A DNA stretch of 64,000 bases. It comes from Eledone cirrhosa (Eukaryota). The position numbers were made by a program, and so were the translations under genes. The stretch lies in assembly GCA_964016885.1 (NCBI GenBank), contig OZ024741.1, forward strand, positions 373,364,001-373,428,000. The letters run 5' to 3'. Positions 23,409 through 36,671 of this stretch are shown here, piece by piece. The notes beneath the pieces were generated by a model that made no database searches, had not been told where the DNA came from, and saw only the letters and a list, made by a program, of their open reading frames with translations. The number at the start of each line of letters is the position of its first letter. Within the stretch, counting starts at the first letter, position 1.

Positions 23409-24300
23409 CAGGGTGCGGACGATATCTGTTTGCAAGATTACTGTCTAGGAAAAAATAACACAGTAGTTTTATTTTTTAAGATTTATTTATCAAACTTGGG
23501 TCAGTTTGTTTTCATGACTTGTTCTTTCGATCTCACTCGATAAACCCGCCATTGGCTTTGATGACGGCCTCAAGGCGGCCTCGGAACCCGCTACAAGCCT
23601 TCGTCACTGTCCCCCGACTTAGGCCCCTAAAGGCACTTGTGATCCTGGCCTTCAGATCGTCTTTCGTATTGCAGCTAGATCTGTTGGTGTCTCATTCCAT
23701 TGTGCCCCACACAAAGAAGTCGAGGGGGTTACAGTTAGGCGAGCTGGGAGGCCGGATGTCAGATGAAGTGTGGTCGACGAAGTTCTCTGACAGCTAGGCT
23801 TGGGTCTTTCGGCTGGTATGGCAGGGCGCTGAGTCTTGCTGCCACACGTACGACCTACCTGCAGCTACCTGGTCGATCCAGGGCTTTACTACCTCGCTCA
23901 GAAGGCGGATGTAGCCATCGGTGTTCAGCTTGAGGCCCTCAGGGAAGAAGTGAGGTGGTATGACGTCACCTTGACTGCTGACGACACCTAAGACCAATGT
24001 TGTCGCTGGAAACTTTGTCTGCATGACTCTGGGCACGTCTTTGGATGAGACAGCGAGCCACCTGTTGTTCTGGGAGTTGATCTTCTGGTCTTATTTGTCC
24101 TCCAGGTGCAAATTCCAAGAAGAACTCCGTGTCTCTTCCACAAATTTGGAGGTTCAAAATTATTCATAATCAATTATTCTGAAAATAAATAATGGAAATA
24201 TAGTCACTGTTTTTATGAAGACAAGAGTGACAATGGAAGTAAAAGAAATTTGCATAAAATTAGCAGTTGAAAATTGCGAACAAATATCGTCCGCACCCTG
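23409..24300 (-). mobile_element. Internally deleted Tc1/mariner element, DD37D (maT-like), copy 2
   Basis: Same TIRs and TA duplication; WQQDSAPCH...SPNCNPLD with 37 residues between the last two Asp. Confidence 0.9.
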
Positions 24301-24321
24301 TATATATATATAATATATATA

Positions 24322-24404
<83 letters not shown>

Positions 24405-24407
<3 letters not shown>

Positions 24408-24978
24408 AGAAGCTGGATTTAAGGAGAATCTGAGATGGTGTGTTGCAGAGAAGACTACATTGGTACAGACATGTGATGCACATGGACAATGACCGATGGG
24501 TGAAGACATGCCAGGAAATCCTAGTAGAAGGTGTCACACCAAAAAGTGCAGTCCTCACCGTAAAGTTGTTGTGTAGGTGTCACAACAAAAAGCACCAAGT
24601 CCACACTGTAAAACTTATCCATGCAGTAAAGTGATCATGTTAGTGTCACAACAAAAAAACACCCAGTCCAGGTTAGTCATTGCCCCTAGATGCACCTTAT
24701 TTATATCATAAGTTGTCATTATGACTTGATTCAGATAAGCAAAGTATTCTCTCCACTTCGCATGGATGCATCTCTCTGAGGAGAACCCCAAACACATTCC
24801 TGATAGCAGGTGTGGAGGAAGACTTCTTATGAAGTCGGCAAGGGCATCCAGCTGTGGAAACCAAGCCAAAGTCAGTTCTATATGAGCAAGACATGTTCAT
24901 CTTATCTGACTTGTCTCACAATAGGACAACGTATCTAATCCATGCTAGCCTGGAAAAATGGATATTAAATGTTGATGA
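24405..24978 (+). mobile_element. Degenerate RTE 3' end containing an antisense RTE ORF fragment (24671-24837)
   Basis: LQRRLHWYRHVMHM translation and shared tail; insert matches 28759-28932. Confidence 0.7.
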
Positions 24979-25571
24979 GGCATCTTCGCATTAACTACAG
25001 GACATAATAATAAACTATACTAAACTTTTCTTATTAAAGATTATACTCATAATTTTTATGATAGTCTCTAATATTCCATTTTCTTTAGATGAATATAATG
25101 AAGTTAAATTTGATTATGTATTGTTGGTGTTAATACTTAATAATCTGTTAGTGATAAGCTATATAATAAACTTTTCTTACATTCCTCTAATTTTTAATAT
25201 ATATTCTAATATAACATCTTAATGATTATTTTTTCCCTTTGTTCCTTGAAAATCAGATTTATAAGCTTTTATCCTAAGTTTTACTTTTTCTAATACTAAA
25301 TATTACTTTTTTTTTATGAACATAATAAAGTTAGATATTCTTTGCATTAACTATGTTAATAAATGATAGCAAATTTTAACCTTTGCTAGAATGGAAAATA
25401 TAATGATGGTGATGGTGATGAATCTGTTAGCAATAATCTATAATAAATTTTTTTTATATGCCCATAAGCTTTAATACATTTTCTCGTATCCCATCTTAAT
25501 TTTATTTTCCCATTTTTTCCTATAAAATCAAATTTACAAGCATTTATTCTAAGTCTTACTTTTGTCTCTTT

Positions 25572-25604
<33 letters not shown>

Positions 25605-25606
<2 letters not shown>

Positions 25607-26068
25607 CATCATCATCATCGTTTAACGTCCATCTTCAATGCTAGCATGGGTTAGACGGTTTTGTTCCATTTGATGCGGAAATGGTCGGGAGACCATGTCT
25701 CGCTTGTATGGAAGTGTCTTTGGCAGGTTTTTTACAGCTGGATACCCTTCCTAACACCAGCCACATTTACAGTGTGGACTGGGAGCCTTCACTTATATAT
25801 ATATATATATATCACTGTATAGTGATCAAGACACAAGTGCCCAGTCTACACTGTAATGTGGTCATGTAGGAGTCATGACAAAAAGTGCCCGGTCCACACT
25901 AATGTGGTCATGTAGGTAACATGACAAAAAGCACCCACCACACACACTGTAAATTTGGTTGGCATTAGGAAGGGCATCCATCTGTAGAAACCAAAATCAG
26001 CCCCCAAAGGGTCACCCCTGTCCTACATATGCTAACATGGAAAATGGATGTTAAACAATGATGATGAT
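25605..26068. mobile_element. Two RTE-type tail fragments in opposite orientation (25605-25790 minus, 25830-26068 plus)
   Basis: Shared tail motifs and (GAT)n/(ATC)n ends. Confidence 0.7.
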
Positions 26069-26237
26069 ATATATATCTCATACAAAAAATAACATTGATT
26101 TTGCGAAATACTATATTGGCAATTATGTCATTCACGTGAAAAGCGAAATAATCATTAAAAAAACACTTGAAAATGACTTTGAAAAAATTTTAATCTAAAT
26201 CAAAATTTCATCCCAAAGAGAGGAAGTTGGAACATTA

Positions 26238-26405
26238 TCCACTGAAGGTCCTGAAATATTGGACAGATAAAAGAACAACAACAACAAAACAAAAATTACC
26301 AGGTAACTTTTACTTTTCGTTACCTCATCTTACATTTTGCATTGTTTAGCCTTCTATCTCCTTTAATGTTATACATTATATACAATGCTTCAAGCAAACT
26401 ATAAC
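26238..26405 (+). mobile_element. Relic of a related PLE pLTR
   Basis: tcca-CTGAAGG-tcct-GAAA-tat-tgga decayed HHR; acaatgcttcaagcaaactataac matches the PLE ORF start region at 13209-13232. Confidence 0.55.
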
Positions 26406-26433
26406 ATTTTATATATATATATATATTCAAAAG

Positions 26434-26832
26434 TATTTGAAGAAAATAAACCAAGTTTCATTGAAAACTCTTTAATCACTTACAATTGTTTCTGGTGTTT
26501 TGTAAAATAAATTTGTCTATTTGTACTACAGACAAATCCATAAAAAATACACCTTCGTCAGAGTGGGATAAACTTATTTCAATAGTCACATAAAACATTA
26601 ACTCACATCAAGCAATATTTCAAACTATGATATAAGTTTGTTACTCTCTATTGTTTGATGTGAGCTAATATTTTATGTGCTTATTTATTGAAATAAGTTT
26701 ATTCCACTCTGACAAAGGTGTATTTTTTATGGATTTGTCTGTAGTACAAATAGACAAATTTGTTTCACAAAACACCCAAATAAATTGTGATTGAACAGTT
26801 TTCCATGAAACTTGGTTAATTTTCTTCAAATA
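26434..26832. mobile_element. Inverted-repeat mini-element (~184-bp arms) with HHR
   Basis: Arms 26434-26617 and 26649-26832; (TA)n flanks at 26411-26425 and 27010. Confidence 0.8.
26477..26565 (-). ncRNA. Type I hammerhead with extended stem II
   Basis: cact-CTGACGA-a ggtgt..atttgtct..agacaaat..acacc a-GAAA-caattg-TA-agtg; the right-arm copy has a decayed core (CTGACAA / CAAA). Confidence 0.75.
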
Positions 26833-27007
26833 ATTTTGCTTATTTCTTATATGCCTCACTAACTTCTTCCATAATATAACAAAACTCTTCTCTTAACACT
26901 TGTTTTACATGAGATAAACATTGAGCAATTGCCTCTGTCTGTGACTGGCAATTACAACCTATAAGTCTGTCTCTACTCTTTGAGATTTGATTCTATACTT
27001 CCACTTT

Positions 27008-27009
<2 letters not shown>

Positions 27010-27088
<79 letters not shown>
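27010..27088. repeat. Perfect (TA)n
   Basis: Direct inspection. Confidence 0.95.
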
Positions 27089-27090
<2 letters not shown>

Positions 27091-27323
27091 ATTCTTTTTT
27101 TTTAACTACAGCATTTTCTCTTAACAGTATGTTTACTACGCACGCAGGAATTGTTGTTATAACAATTGGGAGTTTTGATGACTTTCTTACTATAATGAAA
27201 ATCCTTTTATCAATTTCTCTGAAGAGTTAAATATTACTCGAGTCACATATCAAAATATGCTGGCATTGAGAGCAAATTTACCTGGTGAAACAATTATAAA
27301 AAAATATACTGTTGTTGCACCAT

Positions 27324-27326
<3 letters not shown>

Positions 27327-27419
<93 letters not shown>

Positions 27420-27478
27420 AGTGAGGGAGAGAGAGAGAGAGAGAGAGGGGGGAGATAGAGAGAGAGAGAGGGGGGGGG
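27327..27478. repeat. (GA)n microsatellite
   Basis: Direct inspection. Confidence 0.95.
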
Positions 27479-27770
27479 GAGAGGCGCATGGCTTCCGGGT
27501 GATGTGTTGTTTCCTTGAACAAGACACTTTATTTCACATTGCTCCAGTTTACTCAGCTGTAGAAATGAGATGATAAGGACTGGGGTCCATATCATTCCAC
27601 TGCAAAGTGGTCGTGGAGGTGCCATGGCAAAAAAGCACCCAGCACTCACTGTAAATGAGGTTGGTGTTAGGAAGGGCATCCAGCTGTAGAAATCAAGCCA
27701 GAGTCAGTTCCCGTCCCACCCTTGCAAGCAGGGAAAAGCGGACGTAAAATGAAATGATGATGATGATGAT
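27479..27770 (+). mobile_element. SINE with RTE tail; most of tRNA head deleted
   Basis: ggaggcgcatggctt|ccgggtgatgtg compared with the full head at 5878-5955. Confidence 0.8.
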
Positions 27771-27812
27771 ATATACATATATATATACACACATATATAT
27801 ATATATATATAT

Positions 27813-27851
<39 letters not shown>

Positions 27852-27857
27852 TATATA

Positions 27858-28116
27858 TCATCATCATCATCATCATCAACGTTTAACGTCCGTGTTCCAC
27901 GCTTGCATGGGTTTGGACGGGGGTAGTCCCACTTGAGGCAAGAGTGATTGTCTTGCTCGCGTAGGACTGTCTGGCAGGTTTGCTACAGTTGGATGCCCTT
28001 CCTAACACCAACCACATTTACAGTGTGGGTCTGGGAGGTTTTTACCGTGTTGCCTACACGGCCACATTACAGCGTGGACTGTGTGTTTTTTTGTCGTGAC
28101 ACCTACACGATCTCAT
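27858..28116 (-). mobile_element. RTE 3' UTR fragment
   Basis: Near-identical to 8317-8571. Confidence 0.85.
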
Positions 28117-28190
28117 ATATATATATATATATATACACACACATATATATATATATACAAATATATATATATACATATATATCATCACTG

Positions 28191-28233
<43 letters not shown>

Positions 28234-28440
28234 ATATAAATAAATATATATCAATCTAACCCATGCTAACATGGAAGATGGATGTTAAACGAAGATGATG
28301 ATGATATATATCATCATCATTGGCACCATTTATATATTATCATCATCACCATTTTACCAGGCTATATATATATATATATAAAATATAGAACAGTAAATAT
28401 AGTGAAGGCCATATGCAGTGTGCATAAATATATTTATTTG

Positions 28441-28504
28441 GCTATTATCAACAATTAGGTGGTTTGATTTCCAACCATCTAATGGCCTGAATTCATCAGA
28501 TAGC
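28441..28504 (-). ncRNA. Possible hammerhead motif (irregular stem II)
   Basis: gctat-CTGATGA-attca ggccat tag atggtt g-GAAA-tcaa..ttga-TA-atagc. Confidence 0.4.
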
Positions 28505-28539
28505 AGTAATATATGTAAACAAGCAACTTCTAAATTTTT

Positions 28540-29060
28540 CGATACAAGGGGCTGGCATTTAGCCTGATGGGATCATCGCTCCTGATTGTCATTTCTCAGA
28601 TGCTTTTACAGAGATCCAGACCACCCAACACACACAAGTCAGCCAAATAATATCCTCTTTATTTAAGGGTTTTAACATCTCAGGTCGAATTACATCCTCC
28701 CTGGCAGTCTTGCCGTATTTGAGCTCCTTAATTGCTTTTGTGACCTCAGCCACCACGAGGTTAGTCATTGCCCTAGATGCACCTTATGTACATAATAAGT
28801 TGTCGTTATGACTGGATTCAGATCAGCAAAGTATTCTCTCCACCTCGCATGGATACGCCTCTCTGAAGAGAGGAGAACCTCAAACACGTTCCTGATAGCA
28901 GGTGTGGAGGAAGACTTCTTATTATGAAGTCAGTAAATGGTCTGCCAGAACACTTTATTTGCTGATCTGAAGTTGGATTCCAGCTTAACATCAATGTCCT
29001 CCCATGTCTTATCTTTGGATGCCTCCTTTACTGTCTCTGCTGTAACTTTTCATGCCTGCT
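28540..29060 (-). mobile_element. Decayed RTE-type LINE ORF fragment (EN-RT linker)
   Basis: Translates to RIHARWREYFADLN and EVTKAIKELK..K...D.IRPEMLK. Confidence 0.65.
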
Positions 29061-29480
29061 TATCGGCAAAGCCGTTAGAGCATTGGACGAATGCTTAGGT
29101 TCTTTGTTCTGGCCCTTGATGCTCTGGGTTCAAATCCTGCCAAGGTTAGCTTTGCCTCTCATAACTTACAAGATCGATAAAAGAAAGTACCAGTAATTCA
29201 CTGGGGTCAATTTAATCAACTTTTCTCTCCCCCAAAATTGTTCACCTCATGCCAAAAGTAGAAACAATTATTATTCTTATTAGTGGATTGGCAGTATCGG
29301 TAGAGGGTTGGACGCCATGCTTTGACGCATAGAGTTACGGCCCTTATCATTCTGAGTTCAAATCCCGCCGAGGTTAACTTTGCCTTTCATCCTTACAGGG
29401 TCGATAAAATAAAGTACCAGTAATGTACTGGGTATTTGCTGGCCTTGTGCCAAAAGTAGAAACAATTATTATTATTATTA
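29060..29480 (+). mobile_element. Two tandem (ATT)n-tailed SINEs
   Basis: Same family as 19180-19577. Confidence 0.8.
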
Positions 29481-31309
29481 TCATCAATTGATATATAATA
29501 CATATATTCCCATATAATTTGTAATATGTAAATATTTGCTGTTACACAAATGAGTTACTCTGGAAGTAGGAGGTTGACAAACAATAGATAGTGTGAGGGA
29601 CAGTATGAGAATAAAAACATAAGTATGAGTGAATAGAATTGAGAGTGAGTTGCATTAGACGTTTTAAGATTGGTTAAAGTGGGAGGTATCACCCTTCCAT
29701 TTGAAAAACCTCCATCAAACAACTCAATATCAACAGACCACGGGGCATATGCCATTTATATGCTTAGGTCTTGATTTCCATGCAACAAAGCTGGGGGCAA
29801 TGAAATTCATGTATGATAATTTTTAGAATATTATATATATTCATATTTATACATATTTCCAAATTGATTGTCCCCATTGCTAAAAGCTGCACATTAATTG
29901 AATAACAAAAATTCTATAATATCTTTATTTACAATTTCCATGATTGTTTAGTCAGTCAACAATATTGTATGATGGCCTAATAAAGCAAATGACCAAAAAG
30001 CAATTAATGCATTGTTTTGTTAACGATCAATATATCAATGTGTGCAGGTAACAACTTATGAACTAACATGTTAAAATGATCATGAAATTTTTTAGTAATG
30101 TATGATGAATAACAAATTTATTACATATGTTAATGACCTATAATCTTCTACATCCTAGAAGAGTTTCTGTTACAGAAACTAGTGAAAATAGCTGACTGAC
30201 AACGTACAAGATCCATTTTCTGACATAAGCACCAAGAATCAAGGTCAGAATTCCACTTTGTGAGTCCCTAAGCTGCATGAAATTTGAGGCCCTTCTCTAA
30301 AATAAATATAAGTATTATTTTTTTATATCAATGTTAATGATAAAGAATGAATTATAACATATATATAGAGAGAGATGTAAAATCCAGACTGTAGGATGAT
30401 TTAGTGTTAAAGAATAAGAACTGTTGATAAAATCAAACAATATTTTATAGCTTATTTAGCTTATAGATAAGTCCAGCTCTGTCAAGAATACACAAAGAGG
30501 TTGTTTATTACTACAGGAATATAAATAATCAAAAGTCAAAGGGAAAACACAAACTAGAAGTGACTAATCTAGTAGAAAAGTTCTTCAGTGTCATTTGTGG
30601 AATACCTCTTTCATGCTTGGTAGAAATGTCCAGCAGCTATGTTCAAAGATGTAACACTATACTTAACACATGTGAAAGGATGCTATGCACTTTCAAGGAA
30701 TCTTCGATTGACCACTGTTGGTTTTGATGATGATTGCTCCAGTTGTTCAATCAACAGGAAAACGTGTAAGTGCCTGAGCATTCCTGCTAACAAGGGTTGG
30801 ATGGATCTACATAGAATAAGTCAGTACTGAAGTGGGGCTACTGACCTCCCAGACAGACTGAGGGGTCTGCATCCAGCTTACATATGGTCATATTGAGTAC
30901 AGAGGGAAAGTTGTCATGTCATTTGACACTAACTGGAGGTTCCTCCCACCCCTTTTGTTTGACAAGAGATATGCAGCATGACATAGTATGTGACAATATT
31001 GGCCCTTTGAATTACAGGTACAGTTCATCTGACGGCCTTCCAAAAAGTTTCCATCAACCCAATTTCACTTACAATTCATTGGTCAACCTGAGGCTTCAGT
31101 AAGTGATGTTTGCTTAAGATGCTATGAAGTGAGATTGAACCTGAGACCTAATGGTTATTTCTAAAGTTTTACTCTGTTTAATATTTTACCTAAGTACAAC
31201 CCTTGAAAAAGTATTTTTCGTAGAAGTCTAATCTCAAACGTTTAAAAGATGATTAAGCAAAAATAAATTTGTAAAAGGTAAATAAACAAATTGAACAAGG
31301 AGTTGTTTT

Positions 31310-31750
31310 GGAGACATGACAAGAAGCACCCAGTTCACACTGTAAAGTTGTCGTTTTGGTAGCACAACAAAAAACACCAAATCAACTATGTAAAGTGGTC
31401 ATTTTGGTGACAACAAAAGCACCAGTCTACCCTTAAAGTGGTCATGTTGGTGTAATGACAAAAAGCACCCAGTCCACTCCATATAGTGTCATGCTGGTGA
31501 TCCAACAAAAAGCACCCAGTCCATACTGTAAAGTGGTCATTTTGGTGCCATGATAAAAAGCATTCAGTCCATCCTATAAATGTGGTTGGTGTTAGAAAGG
31601 GCATCTGACCATAGAAACCAAACCAGAAAACAGTTCTGTATGAGCAAGACGCAATCACCTGGTTTGATTTCTTTCACTTGACAACTTACATAACTCATGC
31701 GAGTGTGGAAAATGAAGATTAAACAGTGATGATGATAATGATGATAATGA
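31310..31750 (+). mobile_element. RTE-type 3' UTR with ~6 tandem ~47-bp units
   Basis: Repeated aaaagcacccagtccacactgtaaagtggtc units followed by the shared tail. Confidence 0.75.
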
Positions 31751-32734
31751 AATCCGATTCATTACAGATGGACATGTGTTTCACTTTGTACTAGCTTTTC
31801 AAGCTGACAAGGTATTTGGTTCAATTAATGGAATTTATAGCTAGAAATGGAAGGAGCTGTTTCAACACATGGGTTTTCTAAATATAGCTAAAGATAAAGA
31901 AATTTTATATTATATTGAATCAAATGGAGGAGAATGAGAAGGAGAAAAAGAGGAATTGTGTGGGGGGGGGGGGGGGGGGGTATAGAAGAATGGATATCAA
32001 CAAAAGTGCAAGGAGATCAATAATTACAAAGAGAAAGTAAGAAAGAAGGAATTTAGCTGTCTAAGGAAACTCTAGATGAAAACATAAGAATGAGGAAAGA
32101 GCAAGAAGTAGTAACATAGATGAACAAAAAATAGTGTTATTTATTTCTCTATAGAAAAGTGAAAAGATACAAAAAGCAATTTTACTTGTAAAGAATGTGG
32201 AAGGAAAAAATGTAAAATTTTTAAATAGTTTTAGATAAATATATCCAATCCAAACCAAACCCTTCTCACTCTTGTTGGAGGAACCACTCCCTGATTGGCA
32301 TCCTCCACTTTGTTTGGTTTCTGTCATGTCTTCAGGGGTGTAGATGTACACACCATGCTTGGCTAATTGTGGGTTGCTGTGGTTATTTAACCTATAGTTA
32401 GGGTGGAAAGCTGAGTTCATACAATCTTTTAATAGCTTTTGTTTTTTGCACTGGTGGGGTTCCACTTACACTCCTTACAAGACTAGGGTCTGGTGGGGAG
32501 CTGTTTTAGTCACTAACCATTCAACCAAATAAATATATATGCAGTTTCATAGGCCCAATCACCATACCCATTCACCCCCTCCCTCTCTTTCCATCCCCTC
32601 CCCTTCCCATTCTTTTTCTTTCTTTTTCTCTTTTTTCTATATTTCCCTATTCTTTCTTTCCTTTTGCCCCCCCCCCCCTTTTTTTTTCTTACTAAATTTT
32701 ATTTTTTTAAATTTGAGTTTTATAATTTAATTAT

Positions 32735-33342
32735 AATAATTGTTTCTACTTTTGGCACAAGGCCAGCAATTACCCAGTGCATTACTGGTACTTTATTTTA
32801 TCGACCCCGTAAGGATGAAAGGCAAAGTCAACCTCGGCGGGATTTGAACTCAGATCGTAAAGGGACTTAACTATGCTGGAAAGCATGGCGTCCAACCCTC
32901 TACCGATACTGCCAATCCACCGCCAATTATAATAATGATTTCTAAATTAGGCACAAGGCCAGCAAATTTGGAAGAAAGATCAAATCAACCCCAGTATTTG
33001 ACTGTTACCTTATTTCATTGACCCTGAAAGGAAGGATGAAAGGTAAAGTTGACTTCAGAGAGATTAGAACTTAAAATGTAGAAAGTCGTATCTAAATGAC
33101 ACAAAGCATTTTGTCTGACATTCAACCAATACTGTTAATCCACTGCCCTTAATTTAATTATACTAATAATTGTTTCTACTATTGGCACAAGGCCAGCAAT
33201 TATCCCAGTGTATTACTGGTACTATATTTTACTGACCCCGTAAGGATGAAAGGCAAAGTTAACCTTGGCGGGATTTGAACTCAGACCATAAAGGGCCGTA
33301 ACTCTTTGCTGCAGAGCATGGCGTCTGACCCTCTACCGATAT
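32735..33342 (-). mobile_element. Three tandem (ATT)n-tailed SINEs
   Basis: Reverse complement of the 19180 family. Confidence 0.8.
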
Positions 33343-33650
33343 CTGTATATTTTCATACAGACCCAAGATGCCATACAATGAAACCAAAACTGGTACTCCA
33401 TGATTGCCACGTAAACTTTTAAAAAACTTAGCCACATCTGTGTACACACAGAATGTGTGTGTGCGTGTGCATGTGCGTGCATGTGTGCATGTGTGCATGT
33501 ATGCGTGCATGTATGCATGCATGCATGCATGCGTGCATGAAAATGAATACTGGTGTCAAACTGTAAATATCTTTTTGTACTTAAGTCTGTAAAAATTGAG
33601 TATGAGACTAAGTACTGGGGTTGATAATAAATCATTTAGAGACTGATATA

Positions 33651-33721
33651 AAGCCCTAGCATGGCCACAGTTCAAGCCCTAGCATGGCCACAGTTCAAGC
33701 CCTAGCATGGCCACAGTTCAA
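33651..33721. repeat. Perfect 23-bp x3 tandem repeat
   Basis: aagccctagcatggccacagttc three times. Confidence 0.9.
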
Positions 33722-35429
33722 TGATTAGAATAAATAATGGAATAAAAAGGTAAACTTTTTTTTTCATTCCAATGTTCTTTTAGATTGAGTTGTGTATGTA
33801 CACATCTATTAAATCTTAATGTTCTTTACATGAAACTACATTAGCAAGACATTCTTGAAAAGTGCAAAACTGCATTATGTCTGCATCACATAAACATTTA
33901 AATCTTTACTTTAGTTGGCTGCAAATATTCACAAACATTTGAATTAACAAACCAGCTTTTAGATATTTTCTGCTACATCATTACAGGTTAATAGTTCAGC
34001 ATGTGAGTGAATGCATCAAATTGCTAAGAAGTTTACTTCAAAATCATACATTTCTAGGTTCAACTTAGCTGCATAACATCTTCCGCAAGTATCATGTACC
34101 ATAAACTTGGATCAGCCAAGGTTTATGAGAGAAATTGAGTAGATGGAAATTGCTTGCAAGCAAATCAGATAGACTGTACTTGAAATTCAAAGAGCCCGCT
34201 TTCTCACACACCACCATGTCATACAGATTCTTCTTGAGAATTACATTAAGGATACACATGTCTTTGGAATGCTCTGAAGCTTTCATATTAATTTTATAAG
34301 TAGGCTGTTCTAGAGATGGAAAAACTTGAAACTGATGGAAGTCCATTCCGTTCTATAAAGTATGTGAGATATGTATTTTGTCCATTGCATCCTTATTTTG
34401 GTTATTGCTGTCTTGTGATAACCATTATCATACACTAGACCTTCCGTAACCTGTTGGGTCACAAATATTTTTTTAAAATTATGTTCAAATAATTAAAATA
34501 TACACAGACATGTATATAATTTGAAATGAAATTGGAAGGCCCATATATATATACGTGTGTGTATGTATATATATAAATGTGTGTGTGTGTGTGTGTGTGT
34601 ATACATATATATGTGGGTGTCTGTGATCTATATGCACTGGTCATAGACACAGACACACACATATATACACACACACTCACTCATATATATATATATACAC
34701 AACAACACCACCAGCTCTCTTCCATTCTCCTTTGTTTCCTCTCCCTCTCTCTATGTCAATCTACTCTGTTACAACCACTATCTCTTCCTCTCTATCTTTC
34801 TTTCTCTCTCTCTCTCTCTGTTTATGAAGGTACCCAGAAAAAAACCAACCCAGATCTCAGGAACCCGTGGTCTGATTTACGCAAAACTTGTTTTATTCCA
34901 TTTGTATTCCCATTTCAGGGTCAACTTCCTTTCAAAGTATTTTCCCATTATGCGCCCCTTTTGGCTGTATTATATTACAGACAAAATGCCCAAGAAATTC
35001 CATATGTCAAATAAGCACCGCCGACAACTCTGTTAGAAGTTACGGGACCATACCTTATCATACCACCAAACAATCACTGAGAATCCTTTACTTTTATAGG
35101 CATTTCTTGATGATGTCAGAAAAATGTAAAGTGGTTGGTGTTAGGAACAGCATCCAGCCAAATATGGAAAGCAAACATAAAACGACGATGATGATGATTG
35201 ATCCATCAGATTTACCTTTGTATGGTGGAGATTCTATTTCATAATAACTTATTTTGTAGCAATTCAATTGTAGACCTTTGTGTGGTGGAGAATCTATTTT
35301 GTAACTTATTTTGTAGCAATTCAATTGTTCTGATTTAGGCACAAGGCCAACAATTTTTAGGGGGAGGGGAGTAGAAGGTAAATTAGATCGACCCCAGTGT
35401 ATTTTGTCTAAATAAATTATTGCATCTGA

Positions 35430-35710
35430 AAAAAAATGTGTGACCTAGTGGTAAAGGAGCTGGACTAAAGATAATAATGCCATAGGTTCGATTCCTGGGT
35501 AGGTTGTGTGTTGTGTTCTTGAGAAAAAAACTTCATTTTACATTGTCCAGTACACTCAGCTGAAAATGAGTATCAGCAACAGCTGGGGGTTTAAACTTGC
35601 GATGGACTAGCATCCTGTCCAGGGGGAAGTTTTATACTCTCAGTCGCTTCAGACTACGAAACCGGGATAAGTACCAGGCTAACGAGATTCCTAGCTTGAG
35701 ACTGACTTTG
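35430..35710 (+). mobile_element. tRNA-derived SINE
   Basis: tgacctagtggt..GGTTCGATTCC boxes; body matches the reverse complement of 41345-41596. Confidence 0.7.
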
Positions 35711-36414
35711 GACTGGACCAGTGTATTACTGATGCTTTATTTCATTTACTCCAGCAAGGATAAAAGACAAAACTAACCTCAGTGAGATTTGAAATCAGAA
35801 TGTTAAAGGCAGTAAATCTATGTTATAGATTATTGTCTGACACTATACCGACACTACCAATTCACCATATTTATTGCATAATAATGAAGATAATAATAAT
35901 AATAACATTTCAATCATTTATATACGTATTTTGACTTTAACTTGATCTCTTCAATGTGATGTTGAATTTAAGATTATTTATGAAAAATCAGATAAGTCAG
36001 GAAGAAATATTTTGGTTATAAATCAAATATGATAGATATAGATCTGTGTCTCTCTTTCTTTGTTTGTTTCTCTTGCTTACTCTCACCATTTCTCTCATCC
36101 TCATAGTCTCCTCTCTCTCACTCTCTCTTTCTTTCTTCTTTCCATGTATCTCTCTTCTCTCTCTGCAAGAGATAACACTTAAATCTGGATTATAAAAGCC
36201 CCCCCACACACACACACACACACTCCCAGACCAATAATTGAAAATTGAGAATTATAAAAAAACATCAAAAACATTAAAATTATACATTTTTTTAACAACC
36301 TATATTTCAAACACAATATACTGATCCTCATTGGATTTCGTAATTAAAACTAGTTATCTAACATACATACGCACATGAGGGTAAAAGTACTGTTTGCTCT
36401 TTTTAGCTCTGTGC

Positions 36415-36458
<44 letters not shown>

Positions 36459-36671
36459 GTACCTGGCTGTATGTATTCATCAACTGCTCATACACGAGTT
36501 AGTATTTGAATTATATATGTGTGTCTATGCATGAATGTATGTATGTATGCATGTATGTATGGCTGTATGTATGTGTGTGTATGTATGTGTGTATGTATGT
36601 ATGTATGTATGTATGTATGTATGTATGTATGTATGTATGCATTTATGTATGTATGTATGCATTTATGTATG

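Noticed and set aside
31310-31600. CRISPR-like regularly spaced repeats
   Set aside because: Units are contiguous degenerate tandem copies with no unique spacers, in a eukaryotic LINE tail with no cas genes
32061-32465. 134-aa minus-strand ORF
   Set aside because: No recognisable domain or convincing splice signals; C-terminal part is low complexity
34822-35110. Possible mariner end (TATGAAGG..)
   Set aside because: No matching second TIR or transposase motif found
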